Assembly: GCA_040437565.1 (NCBI GenBank)
Contig: JBDOQK010000008.1
Location: 496,001 to 560,000 of the forward strand
Source: Albugo candida
Lineage: Eukaryota
Direction: 5' to 3'
DNA: 64,000 nucleotides
Shown here: piece by piece, positions 1 through 12,947 of the stretch
Layout of the letters: the number at the start of each line of letters is the position of its first letter
Position numbering within the stretch: position 1 is the first letter of the stretch
Translations under genes and position numbers: made by a program
Notes under the pieces: generated by a model
What the model saw: the letters and a program-made list of their open reading frames with translations, nothing else
Told to the model about the DNA's origin: nothing
The model's database searches: none

Positions 1-666
1 TGAATGAATTAATAATTGCAGCCCATCTCGAAGGGTAGTATCCTGCATTACCATAGCATACACTTCTATGCGTATAGACTCTAACGTCCCCTGCATCATT
101 TACTTAAGCAGAAAGCGTACGAGATATGCCATAAAATGCTGTGCTTGTAGATTCGTTCAAGTTGCAAGAATTTTGTACAATCGTTGCGGGACGGACACTA
201 TCAAATCTGCTTTGAGATCACCCTGCAAACAGATCACCATTTCTACTGCTTCTAACGAGTTACTAGTCCGGCTGGTCGAATATGTCGTTAACTACCAGTG
301 TGGTGTCGCTGGAGAATACAGAACTTTATACAGAAGACGGGAATCGGTTGAATATGGGCCTCTTTCAGTTCATCGCGACCTTGAGAAAACACACTTCTAG
401 ATCAAACTGACAGTCCATAAACTCAGAACGCAGGACAGAGCTCTATCATGAGCACCTGCTTCCGTAGGTTACTACACACTTGATTCCTTTACAACTGCTC
501 AGTAGGGCGAAGAGTTGAGAATAGAACGGAAAAGAGATTTGTCCAGCGTCCAACCCACCCAGAGATGCACTCCCTGTGGCTGATCCTGCTAGTGATGAGC
601 TCGCGCGCGGAAGAAGATCATGCAGCTCATGAATAACGTAATTCAAAACCACATGCTTGCATTGTA

Positions 667-3600
667 CTATTTACGAAAAGACTTGACAACAGATCCAATG
701 ATACCTTTCCCTTTTTTTGCTCCATGATGTCCCGATCCACCCCAAAATCTATTCTTCGAGTCTTTCATCTTTTCACTGATTGAAGCAACATTATCCGGTG
801 ATAGCTGAGGAAAATTCTTCGAGGTTCCTCTGTGCGAAAATCAATCATATAAATGAGACGTAAATGGAAAAAAAAGTTGTACCGGGATTGTGGGTCCAGA
901 AATATCTCCAAGTTGCCTGAAATAAGCAAACCGATTATCTGACTCAACGCCGAAAAGCTCTCGCGCAAATGATGGATTTTTAATCCATCGATAAATTCCA
1001 ATAATGCATCTAAATTTCGCTTCAGATTCATTATCGCTGCAGGAGTTATCTTCTTGATGTTTGGACCATATAGAATTTGCTCCAGAGATTTGGAGATGTG
1101 GATGCATGAAGCGAAATGAACTGCTTCTCGGACTGAAGTTGGTAACTCAGAAAGCTGAGCAAAGGTGACTTGTAGATAGCTAATAAGATCCCACATTGCG
1201 GGGTCTGGTTGCACAGATGCTTCAGCAGGTGTCCAATTCATGTAGTAGAAGGAATTGACCAGCTCATCAATCTTTTTAATCTTAAAGCAAAATCAGTAAA
1301 GCAGTTTTTGAATCGGATGCCAGTAAGAAATAGTACCATCAGCTCACAAACCATATCTTGCGCTCTCGTCATTGTATTCTCAAACCTACAATAGATATGA
1401 AAATGCACTGTCGTTTGAAAGCGACTTTCTTACTGTTTCTTGGCACCCGCTTTACTCAGTGGCTTTGTAATGACGTCAGAATCCGCATTGTGCTTGACAT
1501 GTGTGTGATTTGTGACGCCAAACTTATACGTGCGAGACTCCCATGCGCCAGTCTGATGTCTGACAACATGATCGAATCGATCACATGCTACAGCAAGGTA
1601 GGAAGCATTGACTCCCATGACCACAACCTGCGAATACTCTTCATAAATGACTTGCGAGGAANNNNNNNNNNNNNNNNNNNNNNNNNNNNNNNNNNNNNNN
1701 NNNNNNNNNNNNNNNNNNNNNNNNNNNNNNNNNNNNNNNNNNNNNNNNNNNNNNNNNNNNNGGGTGCCAGAAAGAAATAGTACCATCAGCTCACAAACCA
1801 TATCTTGCGCTCTCGTCATTGTATTCTCAAACCTACAATAGATATAGAAATGCACTGACGTGTGAAAGCGCCTTTCTTACTGTTTCTTGGCACCCGCTTT
1901 ACTCAGTGGCTTTGTAATGACTTCAGAACCCGCATTGTGCTTGACATGTGTGTGATTTGTGACGCCAAACTTATACGTGCGAGACTCCCATGCGCCAGTT
2001 TGATGTCTGACAACATGATCGAATCGATTACATGCTACAGCCAGGTAGGAAGCATTGACTCCCATGACCACAACCTGCGAATACTCTTCATAAATGACTT
2101 GCGAGGAAGAAAGTCGAAAGAAGTACCATGGAAACTTGGAGATCGGAGCTGTCGTCTATCCAATTATTCAATATCTCATTCAAGTATCCCAGAGCTTCGA
2201 TCGTATCATCACGCACGGCGTCTCCCCAATCATTGATATTCAAGAACCTAAAACGCAATCAGGAAAGCCAAATCATCACCATTCCAGCTACCTCACACAC
2301 CTTTCATAATCAAACATCATTTGGATCAAGGTCTCTACTGATCGGCAGCTTTTTCGAACAATCTAGCACATGCAAGTTTCAAAGCATTACCTCGTTTATA
2401 ATGCGTGGGTACCTCGGTAAACGGCAGAGTGATAGAATTCTGGCTCAAGTCAAATTTTTTTAGCAGTGCTTCATTCCCGGAAATCCCACACAGGTCGAAC
2501 GTCTGAAAGGTAAAGGCTTCATATGTGCTCAACATGCAAAAGGTAAAATTTGGTGTACATCTTTAATCTCCGTCTTGCTGATGTGAACATGCGTAAAAGT
2601 GTCTTCTGAAAGGAACTGCCTCAGATTTCTTCCGACGCACACACGCACATTATACATTTTCCTTGAAAAGACATCGAAACCACTTACGCTTTGGTATCCG
2701 TCAGCAAAGAGTGCCGAAAATGAGGTCCAAGCTTGCGAAATGCATCAAATATCGATGTTGTGTTATATTGATGCAGTTCATCCCCAAGAGTGCGAGCACA
2801 CGTAATTGCATTCTGTTTCAGCTCCAGGATTGATTCAGGGCTTCTGGTCCTCAAAATGGAAGCAGTGACAATCCCACACATCGATTGAATTATGTGTTGG
2901 AATGTTCCGTTAATGTCTTTCTTGCTGAGAAGATCGCCTTGCGTGTACCTCCAAATAAAATGCTCGACGCAAAATGCCCCCGTGAATTTCTTAAGAAGTA
3001 TCTGATGCTGACCCATAAACTTTTCCGGTGTTATCATTGCAACATCGCCTGTCAGAAATGCCGGGAGCTGGAGCTGAGGCTACATGACATCAGAAGTACA
3101 TTATCACAAAGAGCTGGAAAGAATCGCATTGAAAAACAAATCCTACCAGACGATTGGCATTGTAATAGGTGGCAAGTTCGGATAGTTCGCCCATTTCCCG
3201 AAATACGTGAAGAGTGCGGAGAATGGGAGATATAATCTCAAGTGTTCGCTTCATATAGGCTTCGTGAACGCCATCACGAGTGAGTGGGACGTCTTTCTCT
3301 GCGATGGGGATCCCCCGTGTTGAAGAATTCTCGTATCTCTGTGCCGATCCGCTTATGAAACTGCCTAGCAAGTTTGTTTTCTCGAGTGGTTTAGACCTCG
3401 GGGAGAGCAAGAAGTTCTCTTGCTTCGTGATTATGCTGCTACCCTCGTTCTTGCCACGATTCTCAAGTATTTCTTCCTCGAATTGCTGCTCATACATTTG
3501 GTTTTCGGATCGATCGGTAGCTGCATCGCCAATCTCCTGAAAAGAACGCTTGTATCAGACGGAATCCAGCATGGATAGAGACATATAATACGAGAGAAGA

Positions 3601-4419
3601 AGCACGAATATGTTGTAGCCAACTCGATACGCTCTTTTTGGCTTCTTCCTTGATCTTATTAAGTGAAAGATCTATCCATCTATTCATTTGCTGAAGAAAT
3701 ACTTTTCCCTGCACAATCGTACATTTACAACCAAAACGAATAATTTTGAATCAACCTACCCGGAACGATGCGACCTCGATGCGTAGATCTTGTACAAGTT
3801 TGTATGCGTGGAATAATTTGCCTCCATTTATGTAGCTGTCAACTCGGGAAGCTAATCCAACCTGCGAGTATTCCAACAAACTTGAACTGCACATTTCAGA
3901 GATAAATTGTACTAACGATTCGTTGACACTGTGCGAGTTTATCGAGGGATTCATCAATATGTCGCTGCGTTTGTAAATGAGATTGTAGCGAGTCATCCGC
4001 TGCTAAAACAGGTTGAGTCGCATCTTTCAATTGCATTTGGAAGCTCAAAACGTTTTCCTAGCGACAATAGTGAGTTATCTGAATCTTTGATATGTCGCCG
4101 TTCGCACCTGAACTCGTATCATGTCCGACTTCATCCGTATGAGCTCTTCGATTGCATTCACAAAGTCTTGATGGTTTGTATCGCACACGTCACGTATTTC
4201 CGTTTCTTTGGCCAAAGCAAATGCTCGAAGATTTGCTACTCTTGCAAATGCGAGTGGTTCATTTCATCAATTTTCCACAAAATCATTTGATTTCTTCGTA
4301 CTTGAAAACTTGTTCTCGCAGTGTCGCTCAACGGCGACCTGAATACCGGTCGCAAGCTTTGTATGACATTGTGCAGTGTTTTCTACGAGCGCTCCCCACT
4401 TTGGCTCATCTTTAGACAT
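667..4419 (-). CDS. SEC15: Exocyst complex component Sec15 (multi-exon; interrupted by gap and overlap duplication at 1315-2108)
   Basis: Spliced reading from ATG 4419 (MSKDEPKWGAL...), then KETEIRDVCDTNHQDFVNAIEELVRMK (Sec15 N-terminal coiled coil), LKKFTGAFCVEHFI, and C-terminal NWTPAEASVQPDPAMWDLISYLQ...ILYGPNIKKITPAAIMNLKRNL...LRESFSALSQII. Last exon ends ...VVKSFRK* at 667. Internal exon boundaries not all resolved. Confidence 0.85.
1315..2108. repeat. 347-bp imperfect direct duplication across a 100-N gap (1315-1661 vs 1762-2108)
   Basis: The two copies align end to end with 12 substitutions counted by eye. Confidence 0.9.
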
Positions 4420-4765
4420 CGACTCTGTAACCTCTCAAAGAGACACAATCATGAACAGTATAATAAGACACAGCCAAAGCGCCACAAAATACATATAGGG
4501 CGACCGCTCTGACATCAAGTCACATAATTTGAATGTCTGCATACTCGGACATGTACTGACCATTTATGGAAAAATAAGAAATAATGCTGCGCAAAACTTT
4601 GAAATGTATTGACATGAATAAAAGCATCAAAAATGCAAGAGTGTTGAGTATCACCAATGTGCTCGAATGAAGCTTCTCCCGGAGACGTCATTGACGAAGA
4701 TGTTTCAATTGAGCAGAAACGAGGTTATCCGCATGTAATCCAACGCAACATGCATCCAAACGCGG

Positions 4766-6724
4766 CTAATCAACTTCTTCGACTCTAGGTCCGGATCCAG
4801 TATCTGCTGACGATCCAGCCATTCCACCGGCCATCCCACCGGGCATCCCACCAGGCATACCTGCTCCTCCAGTGGCGGATGAATACATTTTCTGCATAAT
4901 TGGATTTGCCACCGCTTCAAGATCTTTCTGCTTGTGCTCAAACTCTTCCTTCTCAGCTGACTGGTTTGCATCTAACCAGCTCACCACTTCCTTGACCTTG
5001 TTTTCAACGGTCGTCCGATCTTCGGGAGATATTTGATTTTTGATTTTTTCGTCGTCAAGTGTGCTTCTTAGGTTAAATGCGTAGTTTTCTAGTCCATTCT
5101 TTGCTTCAATTCGAATTCTGTTGGCTTCATCCTCCTTTTTATATTTCTCAGCTTCACTGACCATACGATCGATATCCGCTTGAGACAGCCGTCCTTTATC
5201 GTTTGTGATCGTAATCTTATTTTCCTTGTTGGTCGATTTCTCGATCGCACTTACATTCAAAATTCCATTGGCATCGATATCGAATGTGACTTCAATTTGA
5301 GGTACACCGCGCGGCATGGGCGGTATTCCGTCAAGATTGAACTTTCCGAGAAGGTTGTTGTCCCGAGTCATGGAGCGCTCTCCCTCAAATACTTGTATGC
5401 ATACACCTGGCTGGTTTTCTTGGTATGTTGAAAACATTTGAGACTTTTTCGTAGGTAGCGTGGTATTACGTGGGATCAGTGTGGTCATCACTCCACCCGC
5501 TGTCTCAAGTCCCAGCGACAGCGGAGCAACATCCAACAGTAATAGATCCTGCAGCTTTTCGGATTGCTCAGTTCCACTTAAAATGGCGGCTTGTACAGTT
5601 GCACCAAAAGCGACGGCTTCGTCCGGGTTTATCGACTTGCACAATTCCTTACCGTTGAAAAACTCAGACAATAGCTGTTGCACTTTAGGAATACGAGTCG
5701 AGCCACCCACGAGTACAACTTCGTGCACCTGACTTTTTGACAATTTAGAATCACGCAACACCTTCTCCACTGGTTCCATTGTTCGACGGAAGTAATCTGC
5801 ACATAAATCTTCGAATCGTGCCCTCGTGATTGTAGAATTGAAATCCACTCCCTCGAACAGCGAGTCAATTTCAATGTGTGCTTGAGCGGATGAAGAAAGG
5901 GTGCGCTTTGCTCGCTCACAAGCTGTGCGTAGACGGCGAAGTGCACGTTGATTTGTTGTAATATCCTTTCGATGCTTTCTGTTGAATTCGGCAACAAAAT
6001 GATCGACTAGTCGATTATCAAAATCTTCTCCGCCCAAATGTGTATCACCAGCGGTTGCTTTGACCTCAAAAATGCCTTCTTCGATTGTAAGTAGTGATAC
6101 ATCAAATGTGCCGCCACCAAGATCAAATATCAAAATATTTCGTTCGCCTCCCTTCCTGTCCAATCCATACGCGATAGCCGCTGCAGTTGGCTCATTAATT
6201 ATACGCAGCACATTTAACCCTGCAATCGCGCCTGCGTCCTTGGTCGCCTGACGCTGCGAGTCATTAAAGTATGCAGGTACAGTAATAACCGCGTTTTTGA
6301 CATCTTTACCGAGAAAAGCTTCGGCAATTTCTCTCATTTTGATTAAAACCATTGAAGATATCTCTTCCGGTCGAAAGGATTTTGTTTCACCTTTGTATTG
6401 GACGGTAATCATCGTCTTGTCTCCTTCACTAGAAGTAACTTTGAAAGGCCAATGTTTGATATCAGCTTGAACCACAGGATCACTACAACGTCGACCAATC
6501 AATCGTTTCGCGTCGAAAACAGTGTTTGTTGCATTCATAGCCACTTGGTTCTTCGCTGCGTCACCAATCAGTCTCTCCGTATCTGTAAAAGCGACATACG
6601 AAGGTGTCGTTCGATTTCCCTGATCATTCGCAATGATCTCGACTCGATCATTTTGCCACACACCAACGCATGAGTACGTTGTTCCAAGATCAATGCCTAC
6701 AGAAGGCCCAGAGACTTGCGCCAT
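4766..6724 (-). CDS. HSP70: Cytosolic heat shock protein 70, intronless, 652 aa
   Basis: [23 protein letters not shown] and [13 protein letters not shown] signatures, GGMP repeats and C-terminal GPRVEEVD. Confidence 0.99.
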   Translation of the reverse strand: MAQVSGPSVGIDLGTTYSCVGVWQNDRVEIIANDQGNRTTPSYVAFTDTERLIGDAAKNQVAMNATNTVFDAKRLIGRRCSDPVVQADIKHWPFKVTSSEGDKTMITVQYKGETKSFRPEEISSMVLIKMREIAEAFLGKDVKNAVITVPAYFNDSQRQATKDAGAIAGLNVLRIINEPTAAAIAYGLDRKGGERNILIFDLGGGTFDVSLLTIEEGIFEVKATAGDTHLGGEDFDNRLVDHFVAEFNRKHRKDITTNQRALRRLRTACERAKRTLSSSAQAHIEIDSLFEGVDFNSTITRARFEDLCADYFRRTMEPVEKVLRDSKLSKSQVHEVVLVGGSTRIPKVQQLLSEFFNGKELCKSINPDEAVAFGATVQAAILSGTEQSEKLQDLLLLDVAPLSLGLETAGGVMTTLIPRNTTLPTKKSQMFSTYQENQPGVCIQVFEGERSMTRDNNLLGKFNLDGIPPMPRGVPQIEVTFDIDANGILNVSAIEKSTNKENKITITNDKGRLSQADIDRMVSEAEKYKKEDEANRIRIEAKNGLENYAFNLRSTLDDEKIKNQISPEDRTTVENKVKEVVSWLDANQSAEKEEFEHKQKDLEAVANPIMQKMYSSATGGAGMPGGMPGGMAGGMAGSSADTGSGPRVEEVD

Positions 6725-6840
6725 ATGAAAGATTTCTTTTGTTGAAGTTGTTTCTTTTTTGCAAATTAAAAACTGATTTTAAAGACCAACTCTGTCTTTT
6801 TTGGAGTAGATTGTGATTGGACAAAATTGCTACTGCAACT

Positions 6841-6898
6841 CGAAGGTTCTGGATCGCTTTCTGTTCTTCGAACAAAAGAATTTCGAAACGAATGTTCT
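6841..6898. promoter_or_regulatory. Candidate heat-shock elements upstream of Hsp70
   Basis: nGAAnnTTCn units GAAggTTC (6842-6849, followed by imperfect tgGAt) and GAAtgTTC (6890-6897), with further GAA/TTC triplets between them, 120-175 bp upstream of the Hsp70 ATG. Confidence 0.6.
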
Positions 6899-7536
6899 GT
6901 TTTCCATACAAGCATTTGAACAATCATTGGTTATAATTGTGATTTGGTTGGTCTAATATGCTGCCCGATCCACAAATTGATTGATTCATAGCATTTGATA
7001 GATACATACAGATGATCCATCGTCAATGCAATAACTGCGCAATGCTATCGAGAGTCAGTCTATGTAACAATATGTACAGCATCTGAGCATCTCAAGCAAA
7101 TTGGGATATGAAACAGGCACAATCTGTACCACATTGTATTTTTGAGTGCGGAATACTTATACGACAAAACAGAAACGCCTACCAAAAAAATAAGTTTTCA
7201 GGAGGCAGATAGCTTCATTAATAATCACAGGATAGTGATTCTAGCGGCATTTTGCTTCTTCGCATAAAANNNNNNNNNNNNNNNNNNNNNNNNNNNNNNN
7301 NNNNNNNNNNNNNNNNNNNNNNNNNNNNNNNNNNNNNNNNNNNNNNNNNNNNNNNNNNNNNNNNNNNNNATTCTAGCGGCATTTTGCTTCTTCGCATAAA
7401 ATATCTGTTTTGGCAGGCTAGTGCCATTGATATGATAACCCTCTCCACCCAAGTCGCAAATTCCAAGCATCTAAAAGCTACTTATCTTTAATTAGGACAC
7501 ACATCACATAATCGTAATTGATCAATTCCAAGCGGA

Positions 7537-9053
7537 ATGTCTACTAATCAAATAAGTCGCGAGGCAGAAATCGATGAGATCATGGATTTCCTACGCTTCA
7601 GTATCAAGCCAAATTCCTCATTTACTGGGACTATTTTATTCGAATTTAAGGATAACGACGGCAATCTATCCACAAATTACACCGTCTGCGTCACACCGTC
7701 AAAAGGTTTGTACCACTTGATATCTGAGGATATCTAATGGCTCACAACAGAATCCTGCAGACGTTCGTACTGAAAAAAATGCGAAATACATTGACAATAA
7801 AGACATCACTTGCAAAGTATCCTTATCCGTAGATGACTTTTTGTGGATTTACTCGGGTAAGGCTTCCGGCGGTGATATTGCCAAGCTATTCTATACTGGA
7901 AAATTGAGCGTAAGCGGGTTTGCGTTTCGGAAGGTGACAGCATTTGCATCCAGTTTTGATTTCGCACCACACATGTGGAATTCATTCTATAGTAGAAACA
8001 AACGACAAGAGGAAGAATCCATGCTCGCGACGGAAGAATTACAATCTGACCAGGTCTCTAATCATACAAACAGCACCACCAGCAGTCCATCACCACAACA
8101 ACGAGAAAAGGCTCAGCAACTAGTACAAATGCAATGGGAAGTATTTTTGCGTAATGTTTTTGGAATGAAACCGCACCTATGTCGCTCTATCACGCCGAAC
8201 TCATTGACCAAGCTCAGATCAAAGCCAATCAATAAGACATTACCAAATGGTGAATTCATGTATGAATTTGGCTCGGATGCCAGCGACTCTGACACTTCAG
8301 TCAGGGCGTTAGTACCCAACAAAACCTCAATAAACATTGTACCAGCAGAGTCAAGTAATGATAGTCTTGGCAACGTATTCCATAGTCTGATGCAATTGGA
8401 ACACGCTGAACGCTTCAAGTTGCCCACAAAAACCTCCATAGACTTTGCGCATTGTCGAAATCGAGTAGACATAACGGAAGCAGGAATGGCTCAATTAGAA
8501 AAGGCTTTGCTTGCATTGGGTCGAGATCGATCCGCTCGTAATCAGAAGCGGGCAAAGCACGTACCGGCACTTGAGCTTCTATTATGGGAGGTTCGAACAT
8601 ATACACAATAACCGCATACGATGTGACTCAAAGCTTCTTGTTTTATAGGTCCGAAATCAGACAGCAAATTGGATCAAATTGCTTCGAAAGAAGACACTTG
8701 GAAAGAAATCGGTCGATCAGCTTCCAAAACCGGATTTGGATCAATTTATGAATGTTAGTCAGCGCTATCAGTCAAGTTTGTTGGGCTCGAGTCGACACGA
8801 CATCGATAAAACGTCTTGTAACTGGACGACCAATTTAGTGAGCAGCAATCAGCTCAATATTGGAGACCTACTCAAAACATCCAATCAGCGACACAGGTTT
8901 GGGAAAAGAAGACTTGTAAACTCCAAGCAGCGCTTACGGCAGGAATTTGAATCAATCCAATTGTATCTGATTCAACATCATCATCACCAGGCTTCATTAC
9001 TCTCAGTGGCATTCTCAAATGATAATTATCTGATGCTACTTGATTATCTATAG
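7537..9053 (+). CDS. Protein with N-terminal SCP2 (sterol carrier protein 2)-like domain; 3 exons
   Basis: Introns 7706-7760 and 8591-8648 (GT-AG) join the three ORFs in frame. N-terminus FTGTILFEF...DITCKVSLSVDDFLWIYSGK...KLFYTGKLSVSG resembles the SCP2 fold pattern. Confidence 0.6.
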
Positions 9054-9310
9054 CTTATCGAGCACTGTGCTGGTATTTCTAACTGATGCAAATGCAGTAA
9101 CTTTACAAGGTCGGATATTATTAAAGTCCACCAGATACGTTAAATGTGCAGCCACTTGACAATGTGTGTTAATTACAATCGATCTATCGTGTTGTTACAA
9201 GTGTTTTGGTGGTGCCAAAGTATATGCCCCGATCAAATCTCATTGGATAATTGTGAATATACCAAACACACATTGGCTATTACTCACACACGATCCGGTG
9301 TCATTCAATA

Positions 9311-10962
9311 ATGGAGCTGAACGCGTTTTCAAAGATGAAAGTCTGTTGCTCAGAGCTGTTTTTATAGATTGATATATATTCAATATCAACCAAACAATAT
9401 GTACATATACAGGTGAAAGAACTACAGGCAGCGTTAAAGGAACGCAATTTAGATCACAGAGGCAATAAGGTCGATAGTCACTTTATTTCGCGAATGGAAA
9501 TTCAATTTCATGTGTGTAGGCTGCGCTCGCCAAACGATTGATAGAACATGTAAAAGAAGAGTCAGAGGACGAAGAGGAGCCTCTTGTCGTCGAGGATACC
9601 GCTGCGGACGACTCAATAGCACAGGATCTCGTGAACTCTGTAAGAAAAGACTTTCATGAGAGCCACAGAATGAAAACTGGATCGGGTGTTATGTAGGAAG
9701 AAGCTCGAGACGAATTAATGGAAGAAAAAATGTCGTCGACCGAGCATAAAGGGAATGATTTAGCGGCATCTGAACGTAATGATAACTTTGATGGTGTTGG
9801 AGCTGCAGGTACAAAGACGTCATCAACCGTTTCTATTGATGTCGCGGATGCTAGCCAAAAGGCGACAAGCAAAGACAGCAAGAATCAGAAATGTGAGCAC
9901 TCTGATTCCTCAAGTTCTTCAAAATTGAAACATCTCGACAATCAAGAATCGGTAGCTACCGACTCACTTGATCAAAGCAAGATCGATATAAATGAGTCTC
10001 CAGAAAAATACTCACAAGTAAGCCGATCTGATATCACGCATTCGATACGGTCGCAAATGGATGTTTTGATCAGGAAAATACGCAAAGCGCACAGTTGACA
10101 AAATCGGGAGACGAAAATCGCTCCAAAGATCAACCTGCATCGTGAGTCTGATGTCACTTACCAACTGATCTCTCACGAATACGAAGTAGGGAACAAACCG
10201 CAACGTGTACGCTTCGAATCGACAATTTTCGTCGGCCGTTCACACTAAAGTCAGCAAAGGTGAGAGATTCAAACAAAGTCGATGAGAAGCACATAATTAC
10301 CGCTTGCATGCAGTCTTTGGTTCAAGAGTTTGATAACTACGTCGAAGATGGATTTTGGATGGATAGCATCAAAACGCACTGTTTTGTGACGTTTGCAACT
10401 TGCGAGGCGGTAGTCCATGAAGCTCTACAATTACAGCGATTCTCATGATGAATGTTATACAGGCGGAAAGAACCCGAGAGTACCTCGATGCCAAAATCTG
10501 GCCTCAAGAGAACGGAGTCGCACTCAGGGCCAGCTTCTCATCGCAGACAGCAGCAGAGGTACTCTCCTTCATAGAGAAGTAATGCACATTTTCACTGCTG
10601 CATTTGGCAGATTGCGAGTAAACTGGTCAAACCAGAGGCGACAATAAAGACCAACACTATCCATAGGTCGCATACAATGAAAAGAGATTCGTATTCAGAA
10701 AGAAAAAGAGGTGGGACGAGTTGCATAGTTCTGCTGATGAAAATCATGAACAACTCTGTCTACAGAACCTTTAGATTTGGATACTTTATTCATGAAAACT
10801 GAAGCAAAACCAGTGATATATTATCTCCCTACAAAGAGCCAACATGGACGTCTTCAAGAAGTATCTGCTAAGGAAAGACATACGAGAAAGCGTCCATTTT
10901 CAGGATCGTATGCCCGTCCACACGCACCCAAATTCCCCCGGTCAGGACCAAAGCGTTGGTGA
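9311..10962 (+). CDS. ACIN1: Acinus-like protein (SAP domain, RRM, RSB motif); multi-exon
   Basis: SAP: KMK/VKELQAALKERNLDHRGNK/AALAKRL. Acinus-type RRM: VVRIDNFRRPFT..., FWMDSIKTHCFVTF, IWPQENG. C-terminal LDTLFMKTEAKPVIYYLP matches the RNPS1/SAP18-binding motif. Confidence 0.8.
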
Positions 10963-11146
10963 TCAATAAGCTGTCAATACACGCAATTGATCAAACTCTC
11001 CATCTTCCATACTCCTCATGACTCTGCCATAAAGCCGCATGGCGCTCCTCACTCATACACCATATCGATAACAGCGAATGCTGTCGGTTGTTTCTAAAAG
11101 CCCAGGCGACCCTGGCTGATGATATTTTTAGGCTCATCTGAAGAGC

Positions 11147-12882
11147 ATGCGCCTCCAGGTACAAGTTGACAGCATGCAATATGCAATTTCCTGCGGTGAA
11201 GGCTTGCAAACAATCAAATGGTTGGGACTTGCTGTGGCACAACGACATGCTCAGGCGCTTTATCATGGTCGATATCGAACGCGGAATTTGTCGAGTCAGC
11301 AAGGCTTCTATCTCCCTCTTCTCGTTTCTGCCGCAGTGCGTACTCTTTCTGTTCATAAGAAACTTGCTTATCATTCTCTTCAGAAAACCGGAGAGCTTCT
11401 CGCACCCAGCCTTCGAATTGCCGATACTTGCAAGGATGGAGACCGAATCATCGTCAAGCTTCAGGTTGTACATGAAGATTAGCGTCCATGAATGCCGCCT
11501 TGACACTCCTTTGTAGGAAGAGATTCTCATCGATGAAATTGGGGTTCCACAACTGAATTCATGGATCATAGCTGCATTCTACCATGATTGTATCGAAGCT
11601 CAGCTTCCGCAGACACTTGGTCTGACAAGTAGCTCAGCGCTGGTGGATGATATCGAAAGTATGCCTCAAGATCCCATGAAGGCATACACGCGATCGGAAG
11701 CAGCAATCCAGGGACTTTGTGGTCGCTTGCAATCTCCTACTGGGGTCGAAGCCGTTTTTACGCACGAATGGCGACGAATTCGAATAGATGAAATTCTTGA
11801 AAAAGCAGGTGTCGTGCTTGATACGAATATATCGTCCAAAAACACCAGCAGTTCAGTACGAGCTGATAATATGGCCAAAGTCAAAGAGAAAGAGAAATTA
11901 CAATCTCTTTTTTCCCAGCACTTTGCTTCATTGAATACAGCATATATGCATTACGCTGCGGGGTGCAATGAGTCGTTTTACGGGATGAATGGGTTTGAGT
12001 TTGCTCATTTCGTGCATGAATGTCAGCTTTGCGATCTCGGTACAGATCTTGGTACTCTCCAATATCTGATCGGTGTCACTTTAACAAAATCGGCGGATGA
12101 CTATGGCTCCATTCACGATCGTACAAAGCTTTCCCGAGTCGGTTTTCTTCACGTATTGATTCGACTGCTTCTTCGAGACTATTCCAAAATGCAGACGTCC
12201 TCTTCGGTTAGTGTAAATGCTTCTCATGAAAGCCCAGGCACAACGGGTGTCATGTCGGTGGTCACATACTTGGAGAATAAACTGACAAGCCAGGTTCTTC
12301 CCACAATCAAACGGCTGACTTCAGGCTATTTACGAGAGTTGACGCATCAAAAGGTACGCCCTGTCGAATCATCAGAAACCATCATACGAGTTTTTTCCTC
12401 TTTGCTAGAACATTGTAGCTCATTTCTTATACGCCCGACCGACTTTGACACTCCTATTCGAGCGATTGGCGCTTCAGACTCCTCAACCTGAGACTCAGAG
12501 TTCATCCGATGTGGCGTTGTCGAATCATCCAGGCAGTTGGCCACGTCTTCCAACAGCAGGACAAATCAAGCAGCTTCTCTACGATGCTGGTATATTTTGT
12601 TTTGGAGACTCTGACATCCATACTCAATTGTACGCAGAGGTACGATGAGCTCCATATCGTCGGCATTCTGTATCATTTGGTTTGTTCCAGAGTATTAAGC
12701 AGTGCGTGAGTGCAGCAGGAAACAACAACTTGGACGACCAAACGCTGGTATACGTGGAATTTATCGAAGTCATCGTAAACACGGCTCTGAGAACGCTGAC
12801 GGCCGATCAGCAGAATTTTCCACCAAAAGAAACGATTAGATTGGCTTTGCAAGCAATTTGTCGTGTCCAATGCGGTAAATAA
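11147..12882 (+). CDS. Hypothetical protein (multi-exon; possible ubiquitin-like N-terminus and EF-hand-like helical C-terminus)
   Basis: ORF segments 11147-, 11643- and 12682- join through short GT-AG introns. Protein-like segments ISCGEGLQTIKWLG, MNGFEFAHFVHECQL and LVYVEFIEVIVNTA. Family not identified. Confidence 0.6.
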
Positions 12883-12947
12883 ATGTCCATAGACACCTAT
12901 GGAAATGATTGATACAATATATATTTGCGTCTTGATTTGAGCTGGAA

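Noticed and set aside
1-652. ORFs 68-400 (+) and 446-652 (-), and a DTTLRDGLQ string on the minus strand resembling the DRE-TIM motif
   Set aside because: No coherent gene model could be built; probably the 3' end of an unknown + strand gene, and the motif is likely chance.
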